Shown piece by piece: positions 1 through 14,100 of a DNA stretch of 64,000 bases. The position numbers and the translations under genes were made by a program. The stretch is from Phoronis australis. Lineage: Eukaryota > Animalia > Phoronida. The first letter of the stretch is position 1, and each line of letters starts with the position of its first letter. The notes under the pieces are model-generated. The model ran no database searches. It saw only the letters and a list, made by a program, of their open reading frames with translations, and had not been told where the DNA came from. The stretch covers positions 212,772 through 276,771 of the forward strand of contig NMRA01000305.1 of assembly GCA_002633005.1 (NCBI GenBank), in the 5' to 3' direction.

Positions 1-521
1 CAGCTGACCATTTTCCGATGTTTCTGCAAAAGCACACTTTCTTTGCTGACCGTTCATATAAAAACTCCTTATCGCTTGCACGTCTGTGTCGCGATATGAC
101 AGGGTCAGTTTGCAGCGTTGCGGCGAGCGCGCGACGCACTGTTGCACTCGCTACCCAAATAATCCCATCTGACCCTCCAGGGTGAGTCCAACACAGACAG
201 AATAGCCTTGGGACGTAAAATTGTCTCAGTCACAGTTACCACGGACGCGCAAAACTGGTTTGCTGATATAACACAAATAGGCTGAAAAATATTCCAATGC
301 TTTCAAGGTTCTGGAAAAAATTGTCAGATTTGATTTGCATTTTTCCTGCAGTCGTTTTCGTGGGTAAAGGGTGGAAATAAAGTGCGTCACCTTGCACCGT
401 TGCCTTGATACAAGGTGGAAAAAAAGCTAACAGTGGTCGTTTAGTAAAGCCAACCCAATTCCCTACAGTCACGATTTCTGGTACAACCCCTCGCATCCTT
501 CGACAGTTTGGTTATTTCAAT

Positions 522-1080
522 AGGGCCGTCTCGGATTACGCAACAACATAGAGCTCCTGCGCCCCGGAGATAAGAAAGCGCTTTGTTTTCATTGGCCTCG
601 TTCTGGAACGCCAGGAACATTTTCACACGTTATGTCGGAAACTCACGAAGTGTATGGCCGTGGAAATAATCTCGATTTCAACCGTTTAAATGTATCGGAA
701 GTAAAAAAGTATCTTCAAGAAAGAGCATTCAGTTCAATTCAAAATTAAATCGACGAACTTGCTTCATCCATTCGCCCCACATTTTCTTGTCTTCGGTTGA
801 TGTCTAGAGGGCGAAAAACTTGAAATCACGCGTCCAGGAATAATATCAAGTTTATCCAAATTTTTCCCGTTCGAGGTCTACACAACACAGCAGGAAAACT
901 TCGTTGGGATTGGAAGAACAAATAGAGTAATTCAGCCGAGAAGAGGCTTGTAAAGAATACAACAACTAAGGACACGAGCAACTCCAATGGCGCTAAAACA
1001 AGGCTACAAGAGTGGATAGCGGATATTGCGGCATTGTGGGTAAATACGGCGAGATTCGATGTCTAATCCGTGGTGGCCCT
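522..1080 (+). mobile_element. Non-autonomous TIR DNA transposon (MITE) with AT flanks, ISL2EU/Harbinger-like; copy 1
   Basis: Ends AT|AGGGCCGTCTCGGATTA ... TAATCCGTGGTGGCCCT|AT. Sequence 905-1080 aligns by eye with the reverse complement of 54107-54300. The superfamily call is inferred from the AT dinucleotide flanks. Confidence 0.72.
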
Positions 1081-2121
1081 ATTAAAGCGGCCTTTCGTCA
1101 CAAAACATATTTTGATTTAGACCACTTACCATTATAGTCTCAAATTGTCCCTTTGTCTATTTGCAGTTGATTTCCGTGTTTCGAAAGAACCTACAGTTCG
1201 CTTTTGTTCGAGGAAGGCTCTGCAAGTTGTCTTGTCATAGAACATAATTATCTGCGCCGAGTATAGTCTGAAATGATAATTAACTTCGGTAAACCAAATT
1301 CATACGCGACGGTTACGCGGAATTCCTTATTTATACGCTAATTGTGCGTCGCGCAGAAGCCAAAGTAATAAAAATACAAATTTTAAGCGTATGGCTGCGT
1401 ATTGATTTTGATAAGAAACTAGCAAGGACTTGATATACGCAAAAGTGTAAAAAGTCACAAAGCGATAAGATCAGCGAGTAATATTAATCAATGCCGGGAC
1501 GTGTAAAACTCCGGGAAAATGATAACTCAAATTTCATTTTAAACATCTTCCGCCCATCGTGGGCCGGGTACATCGTCTTTTAGTTGGAAGCTAATTAAAG
1601 CTGTTTGTATTACAGGGCACAGATATGAGAAGGTAGTACTAATGTTTTGCAGTGTTCACTGCTTTGACCTTATCTGTTGTCTGGGCGAGACAACCAACAT
1701 ATTGTAATTTTAATATATTGGATCGAAATTTTATTAGCACCGGTCAATATATCATGTCAGATATGTGACGAAAAGAGCGTCGTGTGAAACGGCATCAGAA
1801 ATAATCACGCTCTGTTTTTATCAGTTTATTGATTCAGCAAATTTTGTAATCTTGGGGAGTTGACCGTATAGAACGTGTGGAATGCTACACTGTATTTGTA
1901 GGGAAAAGTGAAAATTCATGTAAAATACGTCTTTCTTTTCGTTAGTAACTTAATTTTAACACGAATCAAGAAACTCAAACGTTTTTTTTCACAAATAATG
2001 CTCATTCTTCGTGTAATGAACTTTTTAAAGATTAATAGATTTTAAAATAAACTCTAAGTTTTATTTCTGAATTTGAAGTAGAACAAAAATGTCAAAAATA
2101 ATTTGGAATGCTAAACATAAC

Positions 2122-2770
2122 ATCGTCTGCAACTCAGGCACCAATTCCTCGGTAACTACAATAACAAATGTTGTTGTTATTTAACTATTTTTAGTAAATG
2201 TTACAAATTCAATTCACAATTACCATTGTTTACATCTTTATTATCTTTTTTCAAGTAATAAATGGTTACATTTAAAACTGCCTCTTTTACTAGAGAAAAC
2301 TTGTAACCTAACGCGCAAGTACATATCATGTAGGATGTGAACCGCCACGTGATCAGTCTGGTTGAAGTACTTAAAAAATCTGCCGAAAAAATGAATGAAA
2401 TTAGGAATTTGAAGCGTATAGAATAAACACAAAACGTACCTTGATAGACGTACATAAAGTAATATCCCACTTGACATTATGCTGCGTATCGACCTCGATC
2501 TTCAGTCTCTGTCGATACGCGAAATAATGTCTCGTGGGATAATACTTCATTTACGCCACTCTCAGTACGTTTTGTGTATGTAGACGTACAAGGCTGCAAC
2601 GTCCAAAATTTTCATGCGCGCACCCGGGGGGGGGGGCTCGAGGGGCGAATGCAAATGCATAGGTCTTGAACAAACTCCGTTTACATTTGTTTCTTTTTAG
2701 TAATAAGGTTCACAAATCCAAAATTCGAGATCCCTGCATCCCAACATCTTAGGCTGGACGCGCGCATGTG
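2122..2770. repeat. Dispersed repeat fragments shared with the first intron of the CABIT gene
   Basis: 2122-2577 resembles 13931-14368 (direct). 2613-2768 resembles the reverse complement of 15058-15213. 3230-3340 resembles 14860-14960 and the reverse complement of 4440-4560. Confidence 0.7.
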
Positions 2771-5111
2771 GCGAAATTCTGGTTCAGATTCCNTTCTTTG
2801 CGGTATTTTACACCCGCCGTGTCCCACTGCGTGTGTCATCAGCTTATGCTCTGTGATGGCATTACTGTGTCATTTTATCTCGACTTGAGAATGAAACAAG
2901 TATGTTTCGAAATATCGCGTGTCTTTTAATTATGTCGCTAGGTCAGTTATTGTATCTATGTTCCGTTGAGAGTAGAGTTTTGTTCCGAAAATATGAACGC
3001 AACGGAATAAAGACTGTGAACAATGAAGAGTGTTGTGTGTTCAATCAATTCTGTATATCCGAAAACTTGCTCCCGAAGTTCAGCCAGAGGTCAAAATAAA
3101 GAAACTGTATCTTTAGACATAAACCGTTAAATTATACAGCATTTCAGCGTTAATTTTGATCTCAGGTCTATTAAAGTTCATTAGCTGGTGCTCTTATTTT
3201 ATTTTTACAAAAGTTTAATTAGAGCCTCGTTCCGTAGACGCAAGCACAAAGTCGCGAAAACGCAAGTCTCCGCAAAATATCACCATGCATTACATACGAT
3301 GCACATGATCCCATTAGCGTTTTTACCGACTGTCTTTTGTCTACGAAACGCGCCCACCCCCCTGCTCTGCCTGAAATTCCCTTTTTCTGAAGTTTCCGCT
3401 TCAAACTGCATTTCGTCCTATTTCGTATAGCGAATCAACAAAAATCGAATTGGGCATTTTACCGACTCAGTATTCCTTACTGGGATAGGATTCCACTTCC
3501 GATACTAACTCTAGTCATGTATAGGCAATGTGTGCGTGTGCCATTTTCGAACTCTTTATAGGTTGGACCACATCAAGAAACTTTAAAGCGTTTTCTTCAG
3601 TCGCTGATGGTTTTGACGTCATTGTTGGCAATGGAAATAGAATCTTGTCACATGGGAAATATTTTGAGACCGATTTTATGAGAGTAAGAGACCTAATTCT
3701 ATTTTCGCTTTTAGCCAGCTGAACAAGTCGAAATGAGAATTAAAATCAATGTTTACAGGGTCAGTCTTAAGCTTTGGGGAGCCCGAAGCAATATTTGCCA
3801 CGGATCCACTTTCGCTGCAGACGATGACGCCAGTTCTCGCGAGTCACCAATCAGCCGCACCTTTCGTCTGGTGAGCCACGTGAGGACCCAGGGTTTTTAT
3901 TGAAAAGGGGGATCGGATCAAGGATTTTTTAAAAATTGGGGTCCAAGTCAACAATTCGAAAATTCTAGATTTGATATAACTAAAAGCAAGGGGAAAATGG
4001 GGGTCGGGACCTCCTTGAACCCCATGGATCAGCCTATCGGAGTTGATACGCCCTGAATGTACGAATGATGAATTATAGCATATTTATTTACACTCAAACC
4101 TATATCTACAAACATATTTTAATATTGCAAATTATTGCTGACTTAATAGACGAATTCTAAATTATACCCACCAATGAGCTATATCTAGTATAGCTCATTG
4201 CACATTACTTAAATCCTTATACAGAGTAGCAACAATGTACAAATAGGAATATCGGATCTGCCAAAATGTTAACAAAATAATCAGAATACCAAGAAACCAT
4301 ATTACTGGGACGGTTCTTATTAATCAAGAGTCCCGGTGTTTGGTCTGTTAAGCTCGAGTACTTGTACAGGAACGCAGTTTCAGCAGTGTGCAAGTTAACT
4401 GTTTTCAAACATATGTTCAAATTTTTTTTTGTCTGAGTCTGACCATTGCGCTCCAAGGATGCAAGACACTCGCGAATAAAGCAACTCTGATCACGTGCTT
4501 CACGATGGATAAAGATATCTCGCAAAGACTTGCATGTCCTCGCTTTTTTTGCACGGAGTTTGCTCAGCAGGAGGCAGGGTAGGGCCCAGACATGGACTTG
4601 AAAAATGAATCAATCATGCTGCGTGATTAGAGTAAACTTCCTCGAAGCGTGCCGCCATTTTAATTGGCCAATATCGAGTACAGAGATTAGACTCCATCCC
4701 ATGTTTCTGATATGACTCAATAGGAGGATGTTTGAAAGGTCAAAGGTTATCAGTCTGAGCAAAAATATTATTGCTTGTGGTGCTCTGCAGTAAGCATGAT
4801 TACTACAGCGTAACTATTGTAACTACTGCTGCTGCTACTGCTGCCGCTTCTACTGCAATTTAAGGTTAAAAGCAGTCAAAGATTGAAGAAAAGCGGATCC
4901 ATGTGTTGCAAGCCCTAGTATTGGAAGGTGGCGTTGTATAGGAGTGTAAAAGAAACATCCCTTTCTTACTACAACTATTGACATTTAGCACAACCAGCTG
5001 AGGCCCTCATACCATGTTTGAGGTCTCTCCCAGCAGTTCCTCTGAGAGAGATATTTTGAAGTATCTGTAAGATAAGTTTCATGAACCTATGTGCCGATTG
5101 TTTCCTGGGAA

Positions 5112-8100
5112 TCAACAATAGGTATTTTCAACGCTCGCCCTGTCGGACTTTTTGCCGACATTTTCCATGGACGTTTGGAGCCTGAGCGCATGCAAACGCT
5201 TCATTCCAAGTTCGCACACCATCAGCTCTTTGTCAAGATTAAGTAAGAGCGCCCCGTCCACCATCTCCTCGCGAAATTTCTCACAATACTGTTCTAGATG
5301 CGTTTCCTTTAAAAAATCACATACGTCATCAACGGTCATTGATTTCAACTTAGACTGATCTTTTTTCTCAGGTTTGTTGGATGTTTTCTGATCCTTGGCC
5401 TGGGCAAGCTCTTCATAAAATGGCATCGGCCCAAGTTTGCCCAGTTCCTGATATTCCATGCCAATAACAGGTGTCACTTGCTTCTGCGGCACTACTCGCC
5501 TTGCCTGACGAGGCGAGAGCTGCACAGTGACATTTTCCGGAAGTATTTGGTAGTACCCTGTAGGATTCGTCATGACGTCAACTTTGTTGTGTAGTACCGT
5601 AACCTCGTTTATTAGGTTAATTTTCTCATCTTCAAGAGCCTGAAAATTAGAGAGGAACCTTCAATTTTGACTTCACTTCAGTAGCGCTTCCCTTAGCAGT
5701 GGCGGATTTGGGGGGAAGGTGGTCATGCCCCCCTAAAATTCTCCCAGATTCCATTTGGCATTTCGGGGGTGCGAATGTCTAACAGGAAAATCCTGGTTAA
5801 TACTCTGTCGTGGCCCCCTAACTTAAAATCCTGGATCCGCCCCTGCTTAGCACTACGTGCTTTGCACTAGCGTAGTCACAGGTGCGGCACACCGGCCCGA
5901 GTCTTGCCTCTCCCATGTTCTTTGCAAAAAAATCAACCCAAATCAAAACTCATCTCAATTTTACGTTTACCATCTCCCTATTCTTTGCAATACGCCCCCT
6001 GGTTGCCAACTTCGCCCCCCCCCCCCCCCCCCCCCCCNACCCTGATATAGCGTTTGACCTCCTGTGTCTGGTTTCGACAGTAGTGCCCCTGTCCAAGACA
6101 TAAAAATTATGTCTACTTAGCATATTGTGATTGAGCCTCATTAAAACGAGAAAATTTTATTGAAACATTTTTTTACCTTGCATCGCTCTTGAAGAGAATC
6201 TATCTCCTCCACTTTTGCCTTGAGAGACTGTATTTCCTGGAAGATTAACCTTTCTGGGTAGAGTTCAGTATCTGTTTCGCGGCAAGAAAATCTTGCCAAA
6301 ATCAGGTGCTCTTATTGCAAATATGTGATGATATCTCGCGGAAACTCGCGAGGTTTTACTTTTCTAATTATGCACTAGAGTTGCTTTACAACCATTAATT
6401 GATGATTGGTGAGTTTTAATTGTTCTATTTTCACGACAAATTCACAGGCAGACGAATTTCCCAATGACTGTCACCACATGAGAAAAAATATTACATTAAG
6501 TGCTGGTGCCTGTGGTGGTTGTAAGGAATAGATAAATTCAAGTGCCTGTAGACTAATTGTTATCAGATTTTCTGTTACGTTTGCGGACTGGGTGTCACAT
6601 TTCCATAACACGAAGTATTGCCCAGCCGGGGGTGGGGCCGAAGCGATTGTATCTGGATGATTTGCAAGGGCAGTAAATTATTACTGTAACTTTCCGTTTC
6701 ATTTTTATTGAGAAGTGTCCCAGTGAAAGTTGACTGTCAAATACACAAACTGCAAAACTGCGAACCTGTAAAGCATATCTTTTTGGAAAGCCAATTTTGA
6801 TACCTACCCTTTCACGTTTTGTTAACGTGCCCTTTAATGCCATGATTACGCCTTTGTAATAAGCATGGAATCTGAAATAAAGAAATTCTAAGAAACTGGT
6901 TACGATCGAATGATAAAAATAGAGGAAAATTTGATCGGTGCAGGCAGCCGGAGTCGGATGATCACACACGGGCTACACAAAGTGCAAAGAACGATTGAAA
7001 AATTGAAGATGTTCTTTTGTTTTCTCTAGATTAGAACGTAGAAAAAGTTTCACAAATAGAAACATTAGTCTCAGAAATGAAGCGGAAAGAGTATACATTG
7101 GCTTCTTTGAACCAAAGGTTGAATTATTTCCAATAATATTTTGGTTTAAAATTATAGCTAAATGTCGTGAGTTACGGAAACCACACTGAACCAGTGACGT
7201 CACGTACCCTTGATCTGCCTCTTCTTCTGGGTCAATGTTATCGCTGTCACGTGGGCGGTTGGCTAAAAGCGAAATTCGTACAATTAATTCTTACTTTTAA
7301 GAAACGAGTGGCACTTTTGATGACAAAATACATCAGCTTGATAACGAGGCGTTACCATGTGCGAAATTTTGTTTCCAAACAGCAGTGATTTTCTTTCACG
7401 AAAATGTTTATCAAGTTACAATTTTGTATAATTCTGCAATAGTGCCTCTCTGGTGCAGATTTTGTTCAAAACTATTCCATATTCATTGTGAGAGAACTTT
7501 TTTCTGCGTTACTGGATTGTGAATAAATGCCAAAAAGCACCTTAACCGGATACCAGGCACAAAGATAACAAAGGTACAATGATAGTTCTTAGACTGGACA
7601 ACGTTGCAATTCGCGACGGATTGTCCATTACTTTTCGATTAGAACCCCTCTCAATTCTCACTAAATCTCGACAAAGTCTCGACACATTACCTTGCAAGTC
7701 CATCCACAACTTAAGTTAGCCTAGCTGCAATAACGTCTCATTAAACACTGTGATTTAACTTTAACACATGTGATATTTAATAAGGACAAAACTCTGACAA
7801 GAAGTTTGTTCAAGATTGACATAATTAACAGAAGCCTGAAAACTAATACAGATACTTTGGAGATCTTTATAAACTTCACGAACGAATAATAAAAAGCCTT
7901 ACGTAAAACTGGTATGAAAGATCTAGCCAAAACAGGCGGCCCCTTTTGTTGTGGTTCTTTGTGACTTGTTACCATCCTAAAAGTAGAATGAGACATCAGT
8001 AAAAGAATACAGCAGCTTTCTTACGTCAGAGATTGCACCATAGCTATCGTAGAGATGCGAGAAGACGGCTACAACAAAGCACCGCTCCTCGTAATATACG

Positions 8101-11100
8101 TGGTGTCAAGGGTACAACTGCTTATGATAATCGGAAACTTAATTAGGGTAAAAAATCACGTTGGAATTCTTTACAACTGATTATTTTGTTGAAAATAATT
8201 GGTAAATATGTTAAAACATAAATCAGTGCGCTATAGTCTGTGGTCAGACAGAATGCATGCGTTCCTTAAATTAACAATCGTTTAAGGTTATGTAAGAATC
8301 TAGAAAAATCATGTCTGAAACGACTCATGGGATTCATATGACTTTCAGATTCTGTTTTATGCACTATTCTCCAAAACACGTTTAGGGATTGTCTTTAAAA
8401 TGCTCTGCTTTTTCAAGAGAGACTATTAAATTTCACTGTATCATCTTGAACATTTATAATAAATTGAATTCGTTATTTCCCTGCCAATGTGCCTTTCTTT
8501 TAAATTTTACTAAAAGGCATGGTCACGTGACCCCAATTTATGACAGATTGGTAAAAGTTAGAGAAAAGTCAAATTCTACAGACTTTCTACTTTCAGAAAA
8601 TACGTGCTTTGACGGAGTTAAAGCCCAACAGTGTATGGATATTTGACTAAATACACAGACTCGCCAGTGAGGTCCTACTTCTACATAACTGCTTTTTGGT
8701 CAGGCAGAGTACTCTACGGGGTAGAGGTAACGAAAAGTGGAAAAAATATCTGTTACACAGGGTCACCTGCTTGTAGTTAACGTCTCAGTAACGTCCCTGA
8801 AGTCAGAACAAGCCAACCAGTTTCACCCCTGGGATAAATAATTTTTGTTTTAAAAATAAAACACTTTTGGCTTATTGGGAGAAATTGACGTTTTGCAAAG
8901 CTGGATTACATGATCCAGTCAGTATAACAAAATCAACTCTGCTTACGTTTGCGCAAGCTCATTTATTTCAAAGTTCGTGTTCTGCATAACGGGTGTTGCT
9001 GACAATACCTTTTTGGGTCGACATAAACGTAATCTTGAACATCTTCCGATTGTACGGCTATCTGACAAAGCAAACCGTTGACAAGCTTATGGAGTTTCTC
9101 CATTTCATCTTTACGGATCGACTTGGTCGTAGCTTTACCTTGAATTCAAAGAGAAGAGAGGCGTTTAAACGTCATGTATTCCAAATTTGTTGAACATGCA
9201 ACAATATTCAAAATTATTGGTTTCCAACGATAATCGCTCGATCTCTCTGTATCTTTGACGCTCGTCGGCATACAGTACACGCAGAACTCGAGCGTGAAAA
9301 TTGGCAATCGTGAACACTGTTGTGTGCTCATCTACGGGAGGGGCTATTGCGCGTGATCAACATGGCGTGCAGGGTCGTATCCATGAATTTTGCAACTTTT
9401 ATACCAAGGTTTAAGGAAATTTAATTTACTGCTCCCACTGAATTTTTAATGTAAAGCAAGTGGTTTGGTAGGCCAATTCAGTGAATGTTGGAACGTGGCT
9501 TAAAACCGTTATGTGAAACTAAGAGAAAGAATGGGGAGGGAGTCTGGAGTCGGGCTATTTTACTATGAGCGAACAATTTTCCCCTCGAAATAATTAATAT
9601 TCATAAATAGATCAAGAACGCAGTTTGATGATCAGCTTGTTGATGCCGTGATGGAGAATTGGTTAGCTATGGGAGGGGGAGTCGGGTGGAGGGATGCAGA
9701 GCTGGACCACAAATATAGTTGGTGGTAGCGAGGGGGAAGTAAAATTGTTGGTGACAGGGATAAATGAACGACACCCTGGCATATCCGTGAATATAATTAA
9801 TGACAATTAATGATTTTGTCGAGGCTGGGGGTGTGATGTCCGCCTCCAATACAATTTAGGATGCGACTCCCACGTAACCACGTTGCCGGGCGTTCACTGT
9901 CCGATCCCAAATTAATTTAGAACTCTGGTTATATAATTTTTAAAAGCTTCATTTCCCTAAAGGCAAAATTTGTTTTGGTTGGTACACAGACTCATTTTAA
10001 GACCTGCGCCCACAAACAAACAAATGCACACCCCGATCAATTTCAGCAAAGGTCTTATTTTTTGAAAAGCTGCACAAAGGCACGTAAACATCATGATTTG
10101 TAAAGCGACGAGTAAAAACAATATGCTCTTTTGGTCTTACTTTCAAAGACGAGCAGCCATCTGTGAAGTATTTCCGCCAACGGCTGACTCGGCCCATCCC
10201 AGTCGCTTGGTAGCTTGCCGACGCCCACCTCAAAAACTGGCGCAGCAAACTTGCAGTATCTGTAGACTTCATTGAGATAACTTCCTAGCTCAGCACTCGT
10301 CTCCGCTTTGAATGGTTTTGGCTTGGAGAACTGGTAACGTTCGTTGACAGAGTGCAATTCGCAAGGAATGGCGAGCAACCTCTGACATTTCGGCAAGGTG
10401 ACGAATACGTATTTCACGTCAGCCACTTCTTGAAACGTCAAGTACCTCGCTGGGGATTTACCCTGAACTTCTTTTATGCGGACTCTCTGTAAGTCCGATA
10501 GTGGTATATTGTAGGCAAATCAAATACACTCAAATCAAGTCTACTACTGCACCGTCGTGATTTGTCAGCTAAAGACGTCACACAGCAGAGCATAGGATTC
10601 TTTTAAATTTGAAAAATAAGAGGCGGCGCGTGCAGAAAGTGCGTTCAAAACACATTTTAAACGCGTCTGTGTCATACTTGGGGTCAATCAGTTCATGAAA
10701 ACTAACTTGAGACGACAGAAATTTGATCTTACACTCAATATAACTATTTCTGAAAAATAACAAATCTCACTCGAGCAAAAGTACGAAGGATCCGAGTCTG
10801 AACAATCTATGGCTAACGAATGTTCTAGTAAGCGCTTCGAAAAAATATTGTTCATTGTCGCTTATTGTCAATTGTGAATTTCGCGCTCGACGAGTGTATT
10901 CCCAGCAGTTCGCATTGTTTCGGTTTGGAAAGGCGCATCAAGTTGCGCTTAGATGCTGAACGGGACATTTCCAGCAGACCTTCTCTGAATGCTCTTGAAT
11001 TCATACTAGTTGTAAGACTTTGTCTTAATCTTGTCAACTCAAATACGCCATCTTTACACACATCATTTCACGACCCCTCGTGCTTCACTGGACTAAATGC

Positions 11101-14100
11101 CCCTTAACGTTAGCATTAAAAACGTTCAACATCAGCTTGAGCTCAGTACATGAAACTAACAGACTGCAACATCTGATATTCCTGACTCTCTTAGAAAAAA
11201 TATTAAGCAACTGTTGGGGTCTGGTTCGATAGAATCGTCCTGTAGTACCCCACATATATTAGTATTGACACCTAAGCTGGACGGTGTGACTCGGTGGTTT
11301 GAGCTCCGGGCGGTCTCCTCTTTGGGAGACCGGCGCTTGAATCCTACTGGCAGACAATCGAGCATTGCACGCACAAAGGTGTCTCCTAATTCTTTTACTG
11401 GTGAATATACGCAAGGAAATGAAATTGAAAATGATTTCTGGGGCTGCGCCCATAAAAAACCCTAAGCTAGACAAAGAGAGGCCTTTCTTTCACCTGTGGC
11501 ATTTTCAGCTTGATTATTTCCGACACATCAACTGGGTCTTCGCAAGGCATTGTGGAGAAACAAGCGGTCATAGACTCCGGTAACGCGAGACATTGGTTGT
11601 TCGAAAGATTAGTGGCTCGCAACACCTGAAATGGGAGAAGAAACTGGGTGGAGCTCTGCATATCAACATCGCACCTACAACTTTGCTGCATTCTGTTGTA
11701 GCCCACACTATATATAAAATCTAATGTTGACAAAATGCCGTTACCAGTACCGATTGTCTTTGCTGCTTTTTAACGGATTTTTAACTGAAAAGAAACAGGA
11801 GAAGTTCCCAAACAGTAAAATTAACGAGACACGAGTGAAAATAGATTTGTGCTCACTCTTTCGCCTTTGGTGTCGGTTTGCACTGAGTGAACCTCTATGA
11901 CGTCATCTAGAGGGACAGTTTGTTCGGGAATGCTCGTGTAGTATTCGCCAGTGCATCGCAGGAGATCCGGAAGGGGTACTGAATCAATGACCTCGGCTAC
12001 GGACGAAAAGGCCGAGTCGTCGAGCCGGGAATCTGAAAGTCACCAGAAAAAAATAATGAGATAGATTCAAATGAATGTTACGCCTGTCCCCGTGGATCAA
12101 ATGAAAATGAGATGTAGACAAGAGGCGTCCAAACTAAGGAAAATCCAAGATGACCAACTTCAAATGCAATGCAGTACAGTGTAATACAGTGTAATACAGT
12201 AAAGTACAATACAATACAATACAAAACAATACAAAAAGATCACCATGTTTTACTTTGGTTCTCAGACGGATGTGGCACTCCGATGGGTCACGTGAAGGTT
12301 TATGTAGCAGTTACGTACAGCGAAGAAAAACGACTAAATACGAGTAGATAGACAGATTATGAAAGTTTTGTTCAGTTTAAAGAGTTTTTGTAATTATTGG
12401 CCTCATGATTACCCATTTGCTCCTGTAGCGTAACTTGTGTCAAAGAATCGGAGGAATGTGTGAATTATATATCAGTTAGTGTTTATAAATAAGATCGCCA
12501 ATAGTTGAAAAAAGATTGGTTGAAATTTCTGTTATTTTATCAACATGTAATTTGATTTAGTGCAGTAAAAAAATTTCTAAACGTGAACTTGATTATTTGA
12601 GCGAATTTGTCTAGTTTCCTTGTGTATTCCAAGTTCACCCATACGCGATCTTGATATTAAGCAAGATTCCAAGTTCACGCACAGCAGTACTTCGAGTCTT
12701 ATAAAAATGAACATTTCACGTTTATAGCTCTTCCATGGTGTCACGTTGGTGGTTTTTTGCCTCGTGCAATTTGTGGGGTAGAGTTCAGCCTTAATTGAGT
12801 ACCATGCAAGGTAATGATCCTCTGTTGCTAGTTTCCACTTGCCGCTACGTGAACTCAAACTAAAGTAGTTTCCGAAATAAAATATGGCTGGCAAAGTTCC
12901 TAATTTCGTGTTGATTTTCGTGTTCCTATGAGCCAACAGTTTTATTTTGGTTCCTCAACGCTGGGGATGCATCAATTAGGTGAATAAATTTAGTAACTAC
13001 TGGTCCAGAACGTAGAGGAAATCTGACAAAATTTGTGCAGAATTGGTTTATACTGAGATTTTTGTAGCAATTGCCTACAAGGCATCATCGCCTCCACTGT
13101 TTGCGAAACGATGCTAGTTTTCGCTCGACCTCAAATACGTGAAGTTTATAAAACGAAATGTGATCGAAAAAGTAGTACTACTTCCTTTTTAGTTTGACAT
13201 TTTATCATCCACTCGTTGCACTTCGGTCACTGACGTGTGTTGCAACTAGGAAGTGCTACGCGAATGTGAATAACCACAGCGATAAGGTACCGCGAATAAA
13301 TAGAACTGTGGAATTTGAGAAAAAAAACGAGTCACGTTTCGTGTCATACTTTATCCCTAACACGGTGAATCAGTCGAATGCAATACGGTCATGTGATACA
13401 GCGGCGGATCTAGGATGTCACAAGGGGGCCAACATTTTGTCCGGCTGTAAGCATTTGCGCAAACTGAACCACGATTGTAGATGCGCATAGCACCGAATGG
13501 GGGGAGGTCGGGAGGGGGTTTGCCCCCCCTCCCGCCTAGGAAANNNNNNNNNNNNNNNNNNNNNNNNNNNNNNNNNNNNNNNNNNNNNNNNNNNNNNNNN
13601 NNNNNNNNNNNNNNNNNNNNNNNNNNNNNNNNNNNNNNNNNNNNNNNNNNNNNNNNNNNNNNNACACTGAAACTGCACACATTTAAATCTTTTTTCACCT
13701 CCCGGGTTACTTCAACAGTGCCCTCTGACATGGAAAGTTCAGAACGTATAGGTCAACGTCGACTCGACGTCCTTAGCCGGTTCGATCATCAAATTATCTC
13801 AAAATAGTAAAATTGAAGCAGTATAAATAACACTCAACATGCAATCAGGTCCCAAACGTAACATCTGGAACAAGACTGTTAATTATATGACAGTTCTGTC
13901 TCAGTTTTCAATTTAATTGCTAAATATTATATCGTCTGCAACTCAGGCGCAGATTCCTCTTCGGTAACTACAATATCAAATACTGTTGTTATATTTAACT
14001 ATTTTTAGAAAATGTTTCGAGTTCATTTCACAGTTAAGTATAACGCTGTTTTCATCTTTGTTATCTCTTTTCAAATAATTATTTAAAACTGTAACGAGAG

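Noticed and set aside
236-626. Degenerate THAP-like peptide (ARGCTRNRDC...YFHPLP)
   Set aside because: The motifs are split across frames, the diagnostic W, C-x-x-H-F and AVP residues are missing, and part of the region overlaps a MITE end.
10852-11474. Several 70-aa minus-strand ORFs inside the CABIT gene
   Set aside because: Exons 11625-11494 and 10486-10141 join directly in phase (KMPQ|RVRI). The intervening ORFs lack convincing splice pairs or recognisable motifs.
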